This document shows, piece by piece, positions 1 through 8,821 of a DNA stretch of 64,000 nucleotides (the first letter of the stretch is position 1; every line of letters starts with the position of its first letter). The position numbers were made by a program, and so were the translations under genes. The notes under the pieces are model-generated. The model saw only the letters and a list, made by a program, of their open reading frames with translations, searched no databases and was not told the origin of the DNA. The stretch comes from a virus, in IMG/VR virus record IMGVR_UViG_3300010885_031189, positions 1-64,000 of that record; one strand, written 5' to 3'.

Positions 1-2178
1 AGCAGTCCGGGCAATACATTCGGATGGCAGGCAAACTTAAAATCAGCCGCTTTTGCTAAACAAATGATTGATAAAGGTGTCACTGATATTGAAGCAATCA
101 GTGATGCTATTCATAAAGGTTGGAATGTAACAGCACACGCATTTGTTCAGAAGCCTGAACAATTTGATGATACTGCTAAGTTACAAGCTGCTGGTAAATT
201 AGAAGCAAAACTTAAACAACGAGCACAGTTGATGAAACAAAATTATGCTGAATTGCCAGAAGATGAAAAAGAAAAAGATCGGGTTGTTGCCCGTGCATTG
301 TTACAAGCATTAAAAGGTCAATCAGGTGTGGCGGAAGCAACTGGTGACAAACGGTTTGATTCTACTTTGGCAAACATTATCAAAGGTGCTACGCCAAACA
401 CACCTGAGAGATTTATAAAAGATATTAAAAATGTAGCCAAGATTAAATATAAATTCCAAGTAGGAGATTGGGTAACAATTGACCCTAACGAGACTGCCAA
501 GTGGCCCAGCAGTGGCATGATAGGTCGTATAAGTAGATTTAGCTCCGATGGTGACGCCGTAGTAAATGTAAATCCAAGTGGCGGTGCCAGTGGTGGTAAC
601 TCAAGTGGTACACATACCTCAGTGCCTACTTCAATGTTAGAAAAATTAGCTGTGAATTTAGATGAACCAGGTGTGTCGGAAGCATTAGATAAAGAAGGTG
701 ATTATCATGTATCCGTTCAAAAGGGAAAATTCTTGCCATCTGATCGTGGCGGCGGTAGTGATGAGAACCTCAACTATTTGCATGATCTAATGAATATTAG
801 CGGAACTGGTGGCGGTCCTATGTTAGTAACCATCTCCGATCCAAGAATTGCTACAGAAGTTGCGGCTATGTACGGTGGAAAGGTACTAAAAACTCGCTAT
901 GGAACTTATAGAATAGTTCAAAGTAAAGGACAGAATCAAAAAACACCAACACCAGAACCCGAATTGGTAGGTATGCGTGAGGACGGTGTGGCGGAAGGCT
1001 CTATAACTCCCGATGTCACCGTTAAAAAAATAAGTGACGATGGAAATGAAAAAGAATGGCATATATTTCGCGGCAAAGAAATGATTGGGTATGTAATAAA
1101 GAATCAGCCCGAGTTTGCTGATGGTCTATATATTGCTCATGGGCATGGTCCAGGTCGTGCTTTTGACAAAGAGTTTACGGGTTTAAAACCAGCCGTAAAT
1201 TATATAACGAGTCTAAAAGAAGGTGTGGCGGAAGACTCTTCATCACTTGATGAATATGAACGTAGATTGGCTAGCATACAATCGTTAAGATACAAAGATC
1301 CGCCGAAATATGCAATAGCGTATAAGGAGTTAATCACGGCTATGCCCAAAGAACATGCAGCACATGCTACTAATGTGCAAAAAGGTTCATATTCTTCCGG
1401 GGAGCGCGGATCAGGTACTGGTAGTATCGGGCGCGTATCAGAAGACTCAGCACAAGGTACTGCAAATAAAAAAGCTTGGGATAAAGGTCATGAAGCTGGT
1501 TACACCGGCAATGAAAAATGTCCATGCAAGCCAGGTTCTGCTGAAGAAAAAGCTTGGAATGCCGGTCATAAGGTTGGGCGGGATGAACGAAGCCATGAAA
1601 GACATGGTGTTAAAGAAGGCAATATGAAATCATCTGAAAATAATCCAACTGGCCCTAGTTTTGCTGGTGGTAAATTGAAGGGTACTGATTCTGCTGCTCA
1701 AGCTAAAAACAAATACGTAGGAGAAGACACAATGCCATCTGTTAAACTAATGCGTAATATCGCTGAAGGCTTGGTTAGAGTAGATGATGTAGTTCTAAAT
1801 CGTCCAGTTTACGGTAAACCAACTGATCAAGATCGCAGAGCAGTATATCGTATGGTTAGAGAATTTGCTGATGCCGGCATTGATTATAATGATGCAGTCA
1901 TTGAACTTGTTGAATATTTCAAACATGAATTGTCAGAACTAGCAGTTGCACCAACTATTCCAGCGGTAGGTGGACAACCAGCTACCACTACAGCACCTAC
2001 TGGAACACCAAGTAGTACAACTGCAAATACAGCAGCAAAAACACCAGATACTGTTAGTTCTACTAATGTTGTAAAACCACCAGTAACTCAACAAGGAGTT
2101 GATGCTTTAGCACAAATGGTTAAGAATGCTGGATTAAGCCCCAGTCAGATCAGCTATTTAATGTCACAGGCAAAATAA
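1..2178 (+). CDS. Modular polyprotein-like protein, probable internal head/injected protein (5'-truncated)
   Basis: Frame is open from base 1 (SSPGNTFGWQ...), so it starts before the window. Unrelated modules are separated by GVAE/GVSE/RVSE/GVKE/YVGE/NIAE motifs that resemble T4 gp21-type (I/L/V)-x-E cleavage sites. Confidence 0.6.
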   Translation, partial: SSPGNTFGWQANLKSAAFAKQMIDKGVTDIEAISDAIHKGWNVTAHAFVQKPEQFDDTAKLQAAGKLEAKLKQRAQLMKQNYAELPEDEKEKDRVVARALLQALKGQSGVAEATGDKRFDSTLANIIKGATPNTPERFIKDIKNVAKIKYKFQVGDWVTIDPNETAKWPSSGMIGRISRFSSDGDAVVNVNPSGGASGGNSSGTHTSVPTSMLEKLAVNLDEPGVSEALDKEGDYHVSVQKGKFLPSDRGGGSDENLNYLHDLMNISGTGGGPMLVTISDPRIATEVAAMYGGKVLKTRYGTYRIVQSKGQNQKTPTPEPELVGMREDGVAEGSITPDVTVKKISDDGNEKEWHIFRGKEMIGYVIKNQPEFADGLYIAHGHGPGRAFDKEFTGLKPAVNYITSLKEGVAEDSSSLDEYERRLASIQSLRYKDPPKYAIAYKELITAMPKEHAAHATNVQKGSYSSGERGSGTGSIGRVSEDSAQGTANKKAWDKGHEAGYTGNEKCPCKPGSAEEKAWNAGHKVGRDERSHERHGVKEGNMKSSENNPTGPSFAGGKLKGTDSAAQAKNKYVGEDTMPSVKLMRNIAEGLVRVDDVVLNRPVYGKPTDQDRRAVYRMVREFADAGIDYNDAVIELVEYFKHELSELAVAPTIPAVGGQPATTTAPTGTPSSTTANTAAKTPDTVSSTNVVKPPVTQQGVDALAQMVKNAGLSPSQISYLMSQAK
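325..1234 (+). repeat. Four dispersed in-frame copies of 13-bp GGTGTG(G/T)CGGAAG
   Basis: Copies at 325-337, 670-682 (one mismatch), 985-997 and 1222-1234, all in the same codon phase (G-V-A/S-E). Confidence 0.9.
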
Positions 2179-2180
2179 TC

Positions 2181-3041
2181 ATGTATGTATTGGAATTGTT
2201 TAATGGTGCCGAATCCCCGAGTCCTCGGAGGAAAGTGTCACTTACAAATATAAAAGAAGATAGCACTATGCCCGATGTTACTGATCAACCTGTCACACAA
2301 TCCAATCCTGAAGACAAAATAACATTAGATGTTCCATTGCTTATTCGCATCATGGAATATGCCCGAGAGGATTCAAAGACTGATATGGACTTACATGATG
2401 TTGCTGAACGCTTGATTGCATTAAGCGCAAATGGTAACACATTAACTATGAGTGATTATGAATCAATTGTGGGTGGTGAAGCTGATATTGAAGAAGGATG
2501 GTCCGACATAAAAAGTGGATTGAAAAAAGGTCTTGCTGCTGGAGTATTAGGTGCTGCAGCATTGGGCGCCAATGCTGGTGGTGTTTCATTACCTAATTCA
2601 GGTGGTAGTTTCCCTCCAGCCGCACAACAAACATTGAATCAGCGTGTTCAAGCTATGAAAGATGCTGAGGCTGCAAAAACTGGTACAGGTAATGCACAGG
2701 CCGCAGACCTAAGTCACTTCAATACACAATATCTACAACAAGTAGCATCCGGCGAACATCAAAGACCCCTTGTTAGCGCAGACGATGCTAAAGCAGAACT
2801 ACAGTTAAGAGCAAACGGTAAACAACAAACTGTTACTACGGAACCTAGTACTAAACCAACAGGACCAACAGGGTTTAGTAAAGAATATCTACAAAAGGCA
2901 GCTGATACTAATCGTACTGGTAGATACCTGATTAGTGTTGAAAAAGCACAAGAACTATTAAAGCAACGTGTTGAAAAAGAAAGTGTATCTGAAGATATCA
3001 CTAGTTTCAAAGACTTAGTTGGAAAAATGAGAAGATTGTAA
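2181..3041 (+). CDS. Hypothetical modular protein, probable internal head protein
   Basis: 286 aa with IKE/IEE/VSE junction motifs, a Gly/Ala hydrophobic segment (GLAAGVLGAAALG) and an internal duplication (FNTQYLQQVA.. / FSKEYLQKAA..). Confidence 0.5.
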   Translation: MYVLELFNGAESPSPRRKVSLTNIKEDSTMPDVTDQPVTQSNPEDKITLDVPLLIRIMEYAREDSKTDMDLHDVAERLIALSANGNTLTMSDYESIVGGEADIEEGWSDIKSGLKKGLAAGVLGAAALGANAGGVSLPNSGGSFPPAAQQTLNQRVQAMKDAEAAKTGTGNAQAADLSHFNTQYLQQVASGEHQRPLVSADDAKAELQLRANGKQQTVTTEPSTKPTGPTGFSKEYLQKAADTNRTGRYLISVEKAQELLKQRVEKESVSEDITSFKDLVGKMRRL

Positions 3042-3049
3042 GATAAATA
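3042..3049 (+). promoter_or_regulatory. Late promoter-like GATAAATA
   Basis: Matches the T4-type late -10 box (TATAAATA) just before ORF 3055; a gp55-like sigma is encoded in this window. Confidence 0.55.
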
Positions 3050-3054
3050 TTGAT

Positions 3055-3354
3055 ATGGCTAATACGGTATATGATAATTCATTAGTTCCAGTTGGATATT
3101 CTAACTGGAATGCATACCTCAATTCATTTCCAAAAATTGAACGAGGCGCTATCAAATGTGATGAAATAGCAGAACCTGAACGTAAAAAATTAGGTACTAA
3201 TAGTTATCGTGTTAATAATAATTATGTAGGAACCGTGGCACCTGTTACAGCAAGACCCTGGACAACTTCAACATTAGAAAATATAAACTTTATCTCAGAA
3301 GAAAATGATGACGTTCTAACAACTGAGGATGATAATCCTTTTATAATGGAATAA
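3055..3354 (+). CDS. Hypothetical virion-associated protein
   Basis: 99 aa ORF behind a late promoter motif, acidic C-terminus (LTTEDDNPFIME). Confidence 0.5.
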   Translation: MANTVYDNSLVPVGYSNWNAYLNSFPKIERGAIKCDEIAEPERKKLGTNSYRVNNNYVGTVAPVTARPWTTSTLENINFISEENDDVLTTEDDNPFIME

Positions 3355-3357
3355 AAA

Positions 3358-4101
3358 ATGGCAATTAAAATCAGTCAGTTAACCCCACTTCCTACAGCTA
3401 CTACAACTACACTATTTCCTGTAATTCAAACAGGTGTTAATTATAGAGCTTCTTTTGGAAATATAGTATCATTCGTCAGTAATAATTTAACCAGCCTTTC
3501 TGGTAATTTATCTGTTAATATTCTATCTAGTACTAACAACGGGAACGGGACAAACTTTAAAGTGGGCGATGATGCTTGGATTGGTGATGTTAATATATCC
3601 AATACGCTTGCTGTCCGAGGTGTTCAAGATGCTGGACAGGGTTATATTATTTTTGGTAATGCTAACAATACCACATACATCGGGCGTAACGGAACTGGCC
3701 CTATTACAGCAACAGGAAACTTCGCAGTAACTGGTACAACGACAGTTAAGAGTATAAATGAAGCATTTACACCAAAAACTGGAGCCACTGGGGTAATAGC
3801 GCATGATTATAGTGCCAGTACTATCTTTAGTCACTCGTCCATTGCGGCTGATTTTACTGTAAATATAACTAATTTAACACTGCCTACATTAAATACTACC
3901 AATATTACATTAGTATTAACACAAGGGGCAACTGCTTATATACCATCTGCTTTACAAATTGCAGGTGCAGCACAATCCATTAAATGGCAAGGCGGAAGTG
4001 CTCCAACTGGAAATGCTAATAAAACAGATATAGTATCATTTAGTATTATGAATAATGCTGGTACTTATACCGTACTAGGTCAATTAGTGACATTTGGATA
4101 A
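3358..4101 (+). CDS. Virion fibre/adaptor structural protein
   Basis: MAIKISQL N-terminus, Thr/Asn/Gly-rich body and a C-terminal beta domain (TLVLTQG...IKWQGGSAPT...DIVSF). Confidence 0.55.
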   Translation: MAIKISQLTPLPTATTTTLFPVIQTGVNYRASFGNIVSFVSNNLTSLSGNLSVNILSSTNNGNGTNFKVGDDAWIGDVNISNTLAVRGVQDAGQGYIIFGNANNTTYIGRNGTGPITATGNFAVTGTTTVKSINEAFTPKTGATGVIAHDYSASTIFSHSSIAADFTVNITNLTLPTLNTTNITLVLTQGATAYIPSALQIAGAAQSIKWQGGSAPTGNANKTDIVSFSIMNNAGTYTVLGQLVTFG

Positions 4102-4104
4102 CAT

Positions 4105-5007
4105 ATGCCATTTCTTGGATCATTTTCAGGTACTTTCGCAAAACGAAGTGGTGGACAATCATCCCTACTAATTGAAGTATTACTTGTTGCTGGTGGCGGT
4201 GGCGGTGGCGGTGGAACTTATGGTAATGCAAACGGTGGTGGTGGTGCAGGTGGATTTTTATACGCGGCTAGTCAATCAATTCCACACGGTAGCTATGTAG
4301 TGATGGTTGGAGGTGGCGGTGCAATGGGAACGGCTGGTGGAAATGCGTCCATTTCTGGTTCTGGAATGTCGTCTATTACTGCGATTGGTGGTGGTCGAGG
4401 CGGTGGCGGATCGTCAGGTGATGCCACCACTGGCGGGTCAGGCGGCGGCGCTAAAGGTGCCGGTAGCAACGGCAATGGATTTCCTTGGGGAGTGGGAATA
4501 AATGGACAAGGAAATCGTGGTGGTAATGGAGATGCCTGGGCATCGGGTGGACGAGTCGGTGGTGGTGGTGGTGGTGGTGCTAGTGGTGTGGGAACAGATG
4601 GAGGTCCTCCAGGAGGGAATGGTGGACCAGGATCACCCAATCCAATAGCTAGTTCTACGGTTGGACAACTTAATACTGGTATATACTATTTAAGTGGCGG
4701 TGGTGGTGCTGGCGGTTCTGATTGGGAACATCGAAATGGTTATGGTGGTATTGGGGGTGGTGGTAATGCAGGAGTATCTGGAACAGTCAATACTGGCGGC
4801 GGCGGCGGCGGATCGACTACTAATGGAAGTACTTATTCAGAAGGCTCTGTAATAACAGGTCCTGGTGGCTCAGGCGTTGTTATCATTCGTTATTCATCTG
4901 CATTTCCTGCATTATCATCAACATCTGGTTCGCCCAGCATTGTAGTAGCCAATGGATATCGTACATATACCTGGACTACTACAGGATCATATTCACTAAC
5001 TTATTAA
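4105..5007 (+). CDS. Glycine-rich domain protein (putative fibre/adhesin)
   Basis: VLLVAGGGGGG...GGGGAGG...GGSGVVIIRY pattern typical of phage glycine-rich domains. Confidence 0.75.
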   Translation: MPFLGSFSGTFAKRSGGQSSLLIEVLLVAGGGGGGGGTYGNANGGGGAGGFLYAASQSIPHGSYVVMVGGGGAMGTAGGNASISGSGMSSITAIGGGRGGGGSSGDATTGGSGGGAKGAGSNGNGFPWGVGINGQGNRGGNGDAWASGGRVGGGGGGGASGVGTDGGPPGGNGGPGSPNPIASSTVGQLNTGIYYLSGGGGAGGSDWEHRNGYGGIGGGGNAGVSGTVNTGGGGGGSTTNGSTYSEGSVITGPGGSGVVIIRYSSAFPALSSTSGSPSIVVANGYRTYTWTTTGSYSLTY

Positions 5008-5024
5008 GTTATGCAAACAACAGG

Positions 5025-5120
5025 ACATCCTTAGGACCGTGGTAGTTACTACCATGTAGATGTGGCCGGCTGCTGGCCTGAAGAGTAACTATTCGCTACA
5101 GTGAAATTCAAAAGTGAGCA
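5025..5120 (+). ncRNA. Candidate structured RNA, family not assigned
   Basis: GC-richer intergenic segment with nested stems ACATC/GATGT, CGTGGTAG/CTACCATG, GGCC/GGCC, TGAA/TTCA and ACT/AGT. Confidence 0.55.
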
Positions 5121-5130
5121 ATTATTTTCC

Positions 5131-5772
5131 ATGAACGACTTACACTTAACTGATAATTCACTTGACCCCATTGGGTACTTCAATAAACCAATAGGTAAAC
5201 TACTGTTTATTCCAACAGCTAGTGATATAAATCTGTTTGACCAAAACGGTTATGATCTTACTGATCTTGAAAAACATTATTATAGGTCAAATCAAACCTC
5301 AATGCAACCTCATCGGTATCGTACTGCAGCTAAATCAACTTGGATGACTCAAGCTGAAAATAAAATTTCTGGCGCAGTATTAAATCATGCCATGCTATTA
5401 CAGCGTAATGGGTATCAAGGTGAGGCACTTAAACAAATGGAATACTGGGCAAAAACTCTACCATTAGTATATAAAGTAGCTAAAATCCGTCCTAAATGGG
5501 GATTTGATTTCAGTATGGACTATGTTGATAGTAACGGAAATACATTTGAAGTTCTTCACTATGAATATGACCTATTTGATTATCAACAAGTACAGGATAA
5601 ATTAAACAAATATCAACCCCAATTCTTGAACTGTGATTGGGACGATGCTGCTAAAAGTATATTGGCACATAAGGATAAATGGTTTCACTTGGATTTCTTC
5701 CCCCAATCCAAATGGAAATGTGATTACTTTGGGATTGACAGCGAGAACTTCGGTCACGTTATCTGGTCTTGA
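5131..5772 (+). CDS. Hypothetical protein
   Basis: ORF track gives GTG at 5101, which lies inside the predicted RNA structure; ATG at 5131 is preferred. Confidence 0.65.
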   Translation: MNDLHLTDNSLDPIGYFNKPIGKLLFIPTASDINLFDQNGYDLTDLEKHYYRSNQTSMQPHRYRTAAKSTWMTQAENKISGAVLNHAMLLQRNGYQGEALKQMEYWAKTLPLVYKVAKIRPKWGFDFSMDYVDSNGNTFEVLHYEYDLFDYQQVQDKLNKYQPQFLNCDWDDAAKSILAHKDKWFHLDFFPQSKWKCDYFGIDSENFGHVIWS

Positions 5773-5775
5773 GTA

Positions 5776-5804
5776 TTGACTTAACCAGTCAATTACTGTA
5801 TAAT
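5776..5804 (+). promoter_or_regulatory. sigma70-type promoter
   Basis: TTGACT-N17-TATAAT. Confidence 0.8.
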
Positions 5805-5830
5805 GATTCTTTAACTGTAAAGGAAATATA

Positions 5831-6091
5831 ATGACAGCACGAATGTTTAGTGGCGATCAAAAAATCCGTCTCGTTCAAATCATTAATGAAGGTATCAATG
5901 TTCTCCAGGAAGTTGAAGACTTGACTGCCGGACTTAATGAAACCATTAAGGCTATCGCTGAGGAAATGGAAATCAAACCAAGTATCCTGAAGAAAGCAAT
6001 CAAAATTGCATCCAAGAGTACTCTAGGTGAAACTAATCGTGATAACGAGGAATTGAACACCATCTTGGAAACTGTTGGCCGAACTCTTTAA
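5831..6091 (+). CDS. dsbA: DsbA-like double-stranded DNA-binding protein
   Basis: 86 aa helical protein (IKAIAEEMEIKPSILKKAIKIA) resembling the T4 DsbA/GapR-like family, just upstream of the DNA polymerase. Confidence 0.6.
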   Translation: MTARMFSGDQKIRLVQIINEGINVLQEVEDLTAGLNETIKAIAEEMEIKPSILKKAIKIASKSTLGETNRDNEELNTILETVGRTL

Positions 6092-6102
6092 GGAGCAATA
6101 GT

Positions 6103-8814
6103 ATCAGCTACATTGATTGTATTTTTGATAAAGATAAGGATGCTATACAGGTAGTCGAACGGGATAAACAAGGCAAGCGAGTCTTTACTCAGTATCCCGT
6201 GAACTATACACTGTATTTTCCTGATCGTAAAGGTAAACACCGAACTATCTATGGTACTACTGTTAGTAAATTCACAACTAAAAGTCGGACTGAATTTGAG
6301 AAAGAACGCAGAATTCATTCTGGCAAAACACTCTTTGAAAGTGATATCAATCCTATCTTTAGGTGTCTAAGTGAAAACTATTTAGGGGTAGATGCTCCTA
6401 AGTTACATACTTGCTTCCTTGACATTGAAACTGACTTCTCTCAAGAAAAGGGATTCTCTCCGGCCAGCGAAGCATTTAATTCAGTCACTGCCATCTCAAT
6501 GTACTTGGATTGGCTAGATCAACTAGTCACCCTAGTAATTGCACCATCACATATGAGTCCCGAAACTGCACAAGAAATTGTTGATCAGTTTGGTAATTCA
6601 ATCCTATTCACTAATGAAAAGGATATGTTTGATGCATTTTTTGCATTGATTGAGGATGCTGATGTACTAACTGGATGGAACTCTGAAGGATACGATATTC
6701 CATATATGGTGAATCGTGTCACTAGGGTAATGAGTAAAGATGATACTCGCAGATTTTGTTTGTTAGGGCAACTACCTAAACCAAGAACTTATGAACGATT
6801 TGGTAAAGAAGAAACGACCTATGACTTAGTTGGTAGGGTACATATGGATTACCTACAACTATATAAAAAATATAACTACGAAAGTCGGCATAGTTATAAA
6901 CTTGACACTATTGGTGAAATGGAAGTAGGAGAGAACAAGACTGCGTATGAAGGAACTCTTGATCAATTGTATAACAAGGACTTCAACAAGTTCATTGAAT
7001 ACAATCGTCAGGATACAATGCTATTGGTAAAGATTCACAATAAACTACAATTCCTGGAACTTGCTAACCAACTTGCACATGAAAATACAGTATTGTTACC
7101 TACCGTTATGGGGTCGGTGGCAATGATTGAAATGGCGATCATGAATGAATCTCATGCTCGCGGTATGGTAGTTCCAGATAAAAAACGAAAGGGTAAAAAT
7201 GATAATGAACAACAAGCAGCAGGTGCCTATGTTGCTACTCCCAAAAGGGGCATCCATGAATGGGTCGGTGCGACGGACATTAACTCACTCTACCCCTCAG
7301 CTATCCGTGCTCTTAACTTGGCCCCGGAAACCATTGTTGCCCAGGTCAGACAAAATTTAACTGATAAGTACATGCTTGAAAAAGGCATGAAACTTGCCAG
7401 AGAAAAAGCTAGACATAAAGAAGGTGATGATGATGTCACTGGTAGTGTTCTTTGGGAAGGACTTTTTGGTAGTTTAGAATACACTGCAGTAATGAATCAG
7501 GATAGAGGAACAATCCTCACCGTTGATTTTGAGGACGGTAGATCAGTTGAAATGAGTGCTGCTGAAGTTTGGAAGATGGTATTTAATAGTAACAATCCAT
7601 ATATCATTAGTGCGAATGGTACAATATTTACCCACTCACATGAAGGTGTAATTCCAGGGTTATTAACCAAGTGGTATTCTGATAGAAAGATCATGCAGAA
7701 GAAGATGAAAGAGTCTACTACTACTGAAGATAGAGATTTTTGGGATAAACGTCAACTTGTCAGAAAAATTCTATTGAATAGTGCATATGGGGCAATTTTG
7801 AATGAGCACTGTAGATTTTATGATAAACGAATCGGTCAAAGTGTAACTCTGAGTGGTAGGCAAATTGTTCGTCATATGATGAGTAACATCAATGAGTGCG
7901 TCACTGGTGAATATCAACATGATGGTGCTGCTATCGTATATGGTGATACTGACTCATGTATTTTCTCAGCATGGCCTATGGTAAAAGATGAAGTTGCGGC
8001 TGGTAAGATGGAATGGAATAAAGAAATTGCGATTGGATTGTATGATTCATTAGCAGATCAGGTCAACATTGGATTTCCTGCATTTATGGAACAAGCATTT
8101 CATTGTCCACGAAAGAATGGTGAAATTATCAAAGCCGGTCGGGAATATGTGGGTGATCGTGGTATCTTTATTACTAAAAAACGCTATGCTATTAATATCT
8201 ATGATAAAGAAGGAAAGCGTCAGGATAAAGATGGAAAGACTGGATCAATCAAAGCAATGGGTCTTGATTTGAAAAGGGCAGATACGCCTAAATATATTCA
8301 AGAGTTCCTATTAAATGTATTAACTATGGTACTTGCTGGTAAAGGACGTGAAGAGGTAATTGAAACTATCAAAACTTTCAAATTAATATTAGAAAAACAA
8401 CCAAGTTGGAGTAAAGGTAGTCCTAAATCAGTAAACAATCTTACCATGTATGGAGACAAGGAAGCACATAGTAAGACTGGTAGAGCAAATATGCCAGGGC
8501 ATGTTAGAGCAGCATTAAATTGGAATTTTTTACGAAAGATGAATGGTGATAACTACAGTCAAAAGATTGTTGATGGAATGAAAATTGTTATTTGTAAATT
8601 AAAATCTAACCCATTGGGGTTTACTTCAGTTGCATATCCCACTGATGAACTAAGATTACCCACATGGTTCTGTGACTTACCATTTGACGATAAATTAATG
8701 GAAGCTACCTTAGTAGATGACAAGATAGACAATTTATTAGGTGTATTAAACTGGAATGTGTTGTCGGATACTAATATCAATACTACCATTGGTAATTTGT
8801 TTAGTTTCTCATGA
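6103..8814 (+). CDS. gp43: Family B DNA polymerase (T4 gp43-like)
   Basis: Exonuclease FLDIETD; polymerase motifs DINSLYPS, KILLNSAYG, YGDTDS, KKRY. Start placed at ATC 6103 behind SD AAGGAG (ORF track start is GTG 6199). Confidence 0.95.
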   Translation: MSYIDCIFDKDKDAIQVVERDKQGKRVFTQYPVNYTLYFPDRKGKHRTIYGTTVSKFTTKSRTEFEKERRIHSGKTLFESDINPIFRCLSENYLGVDAPKLHTCFLDIETDFSQEKGFSPASEAFNSVTAISMYLDWLDQLVTLVIAPSHMSPETAQEIVDQFGNSILFTNEKDMFDAFFALIEDADVLTGWNSEGYDIPYMVNRVTRVMSKDDTRRFCLLGQLPKPRTYERFGKEETTYDLVGRVHMDYLQLYKKYNYESRHSYKLDTIGEMEVGENKTAYEGTLDQLYNKDFNKFIEYNRQDTMLLVKIHNKLQFLELANQLAHENTVLLPTVMGSVAMIEMAIMNESHARGMVVPDKKRKGKNDNEQQAAGAYVATPKRGIHEWVGATDINSLYPSAIRALNLAPETIVAQVRQNLTDKYMLEKGMKLAREKARHKEGDDDVTGSVLWEGLFGSLEYTAVMNQDRGTILTVDFEDGRSVEMSAAEVWKMVFNSNNPYIISANGTIFTHSHEGVIPGLLTKWYSDRKIMQKKMKESTTTEDRDFWDKRQLVRKILLNSAYGAILNEHCRFYDKRIGQSVTLSGRQIVRHMMSNINECVTGEYQHDGAAIVYGDTDSCIFSAWPMVKDEVAAGKMEWNKEIAIGLYDSLADQVNIGFPAFMEQAFHCPRKNGEIIKAGREYVGDRGIFITKKRYAINIYDKEGKRQDKDGKTGSIKAMGLDLKRADTPKYIQEFLLNVLTMVLAGKGREEVIETIKTFKLILEKQPSWSKGSPKSVNNLTMYGDKEAHSKTGRANMPGHVRAALNWNFLRKMNGDNYSQKIVDGMKIVICKLKSNPLGFTSVAYPTDELRLPTWFCDLPFDDKLMEATLVDDKIDNLLGVLNWNVLSDTNINTTIGNLFSFS

Positions 8815-8821
8815 TTCACTA

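Noticed and set aside
325-1234. 13-bp repeats as a CRISPR array
   Set aside because: Repeats are too short, spacing is 237-345 bp, they are in frame within an ORF, and no cas genes are present.
4293-4640. Pro-rich minus-strand ORF (also 11086-11307)
   Set aside because: Antisense shadows of Gly-rich and collagen codons.
7320-7640. Intein or intron in the DNA polymerase
   Set aside because: The extra segment after NSLYPS has no C/S...HN splice motifs or endonuclease motifs, and the frame is uninterrupted.
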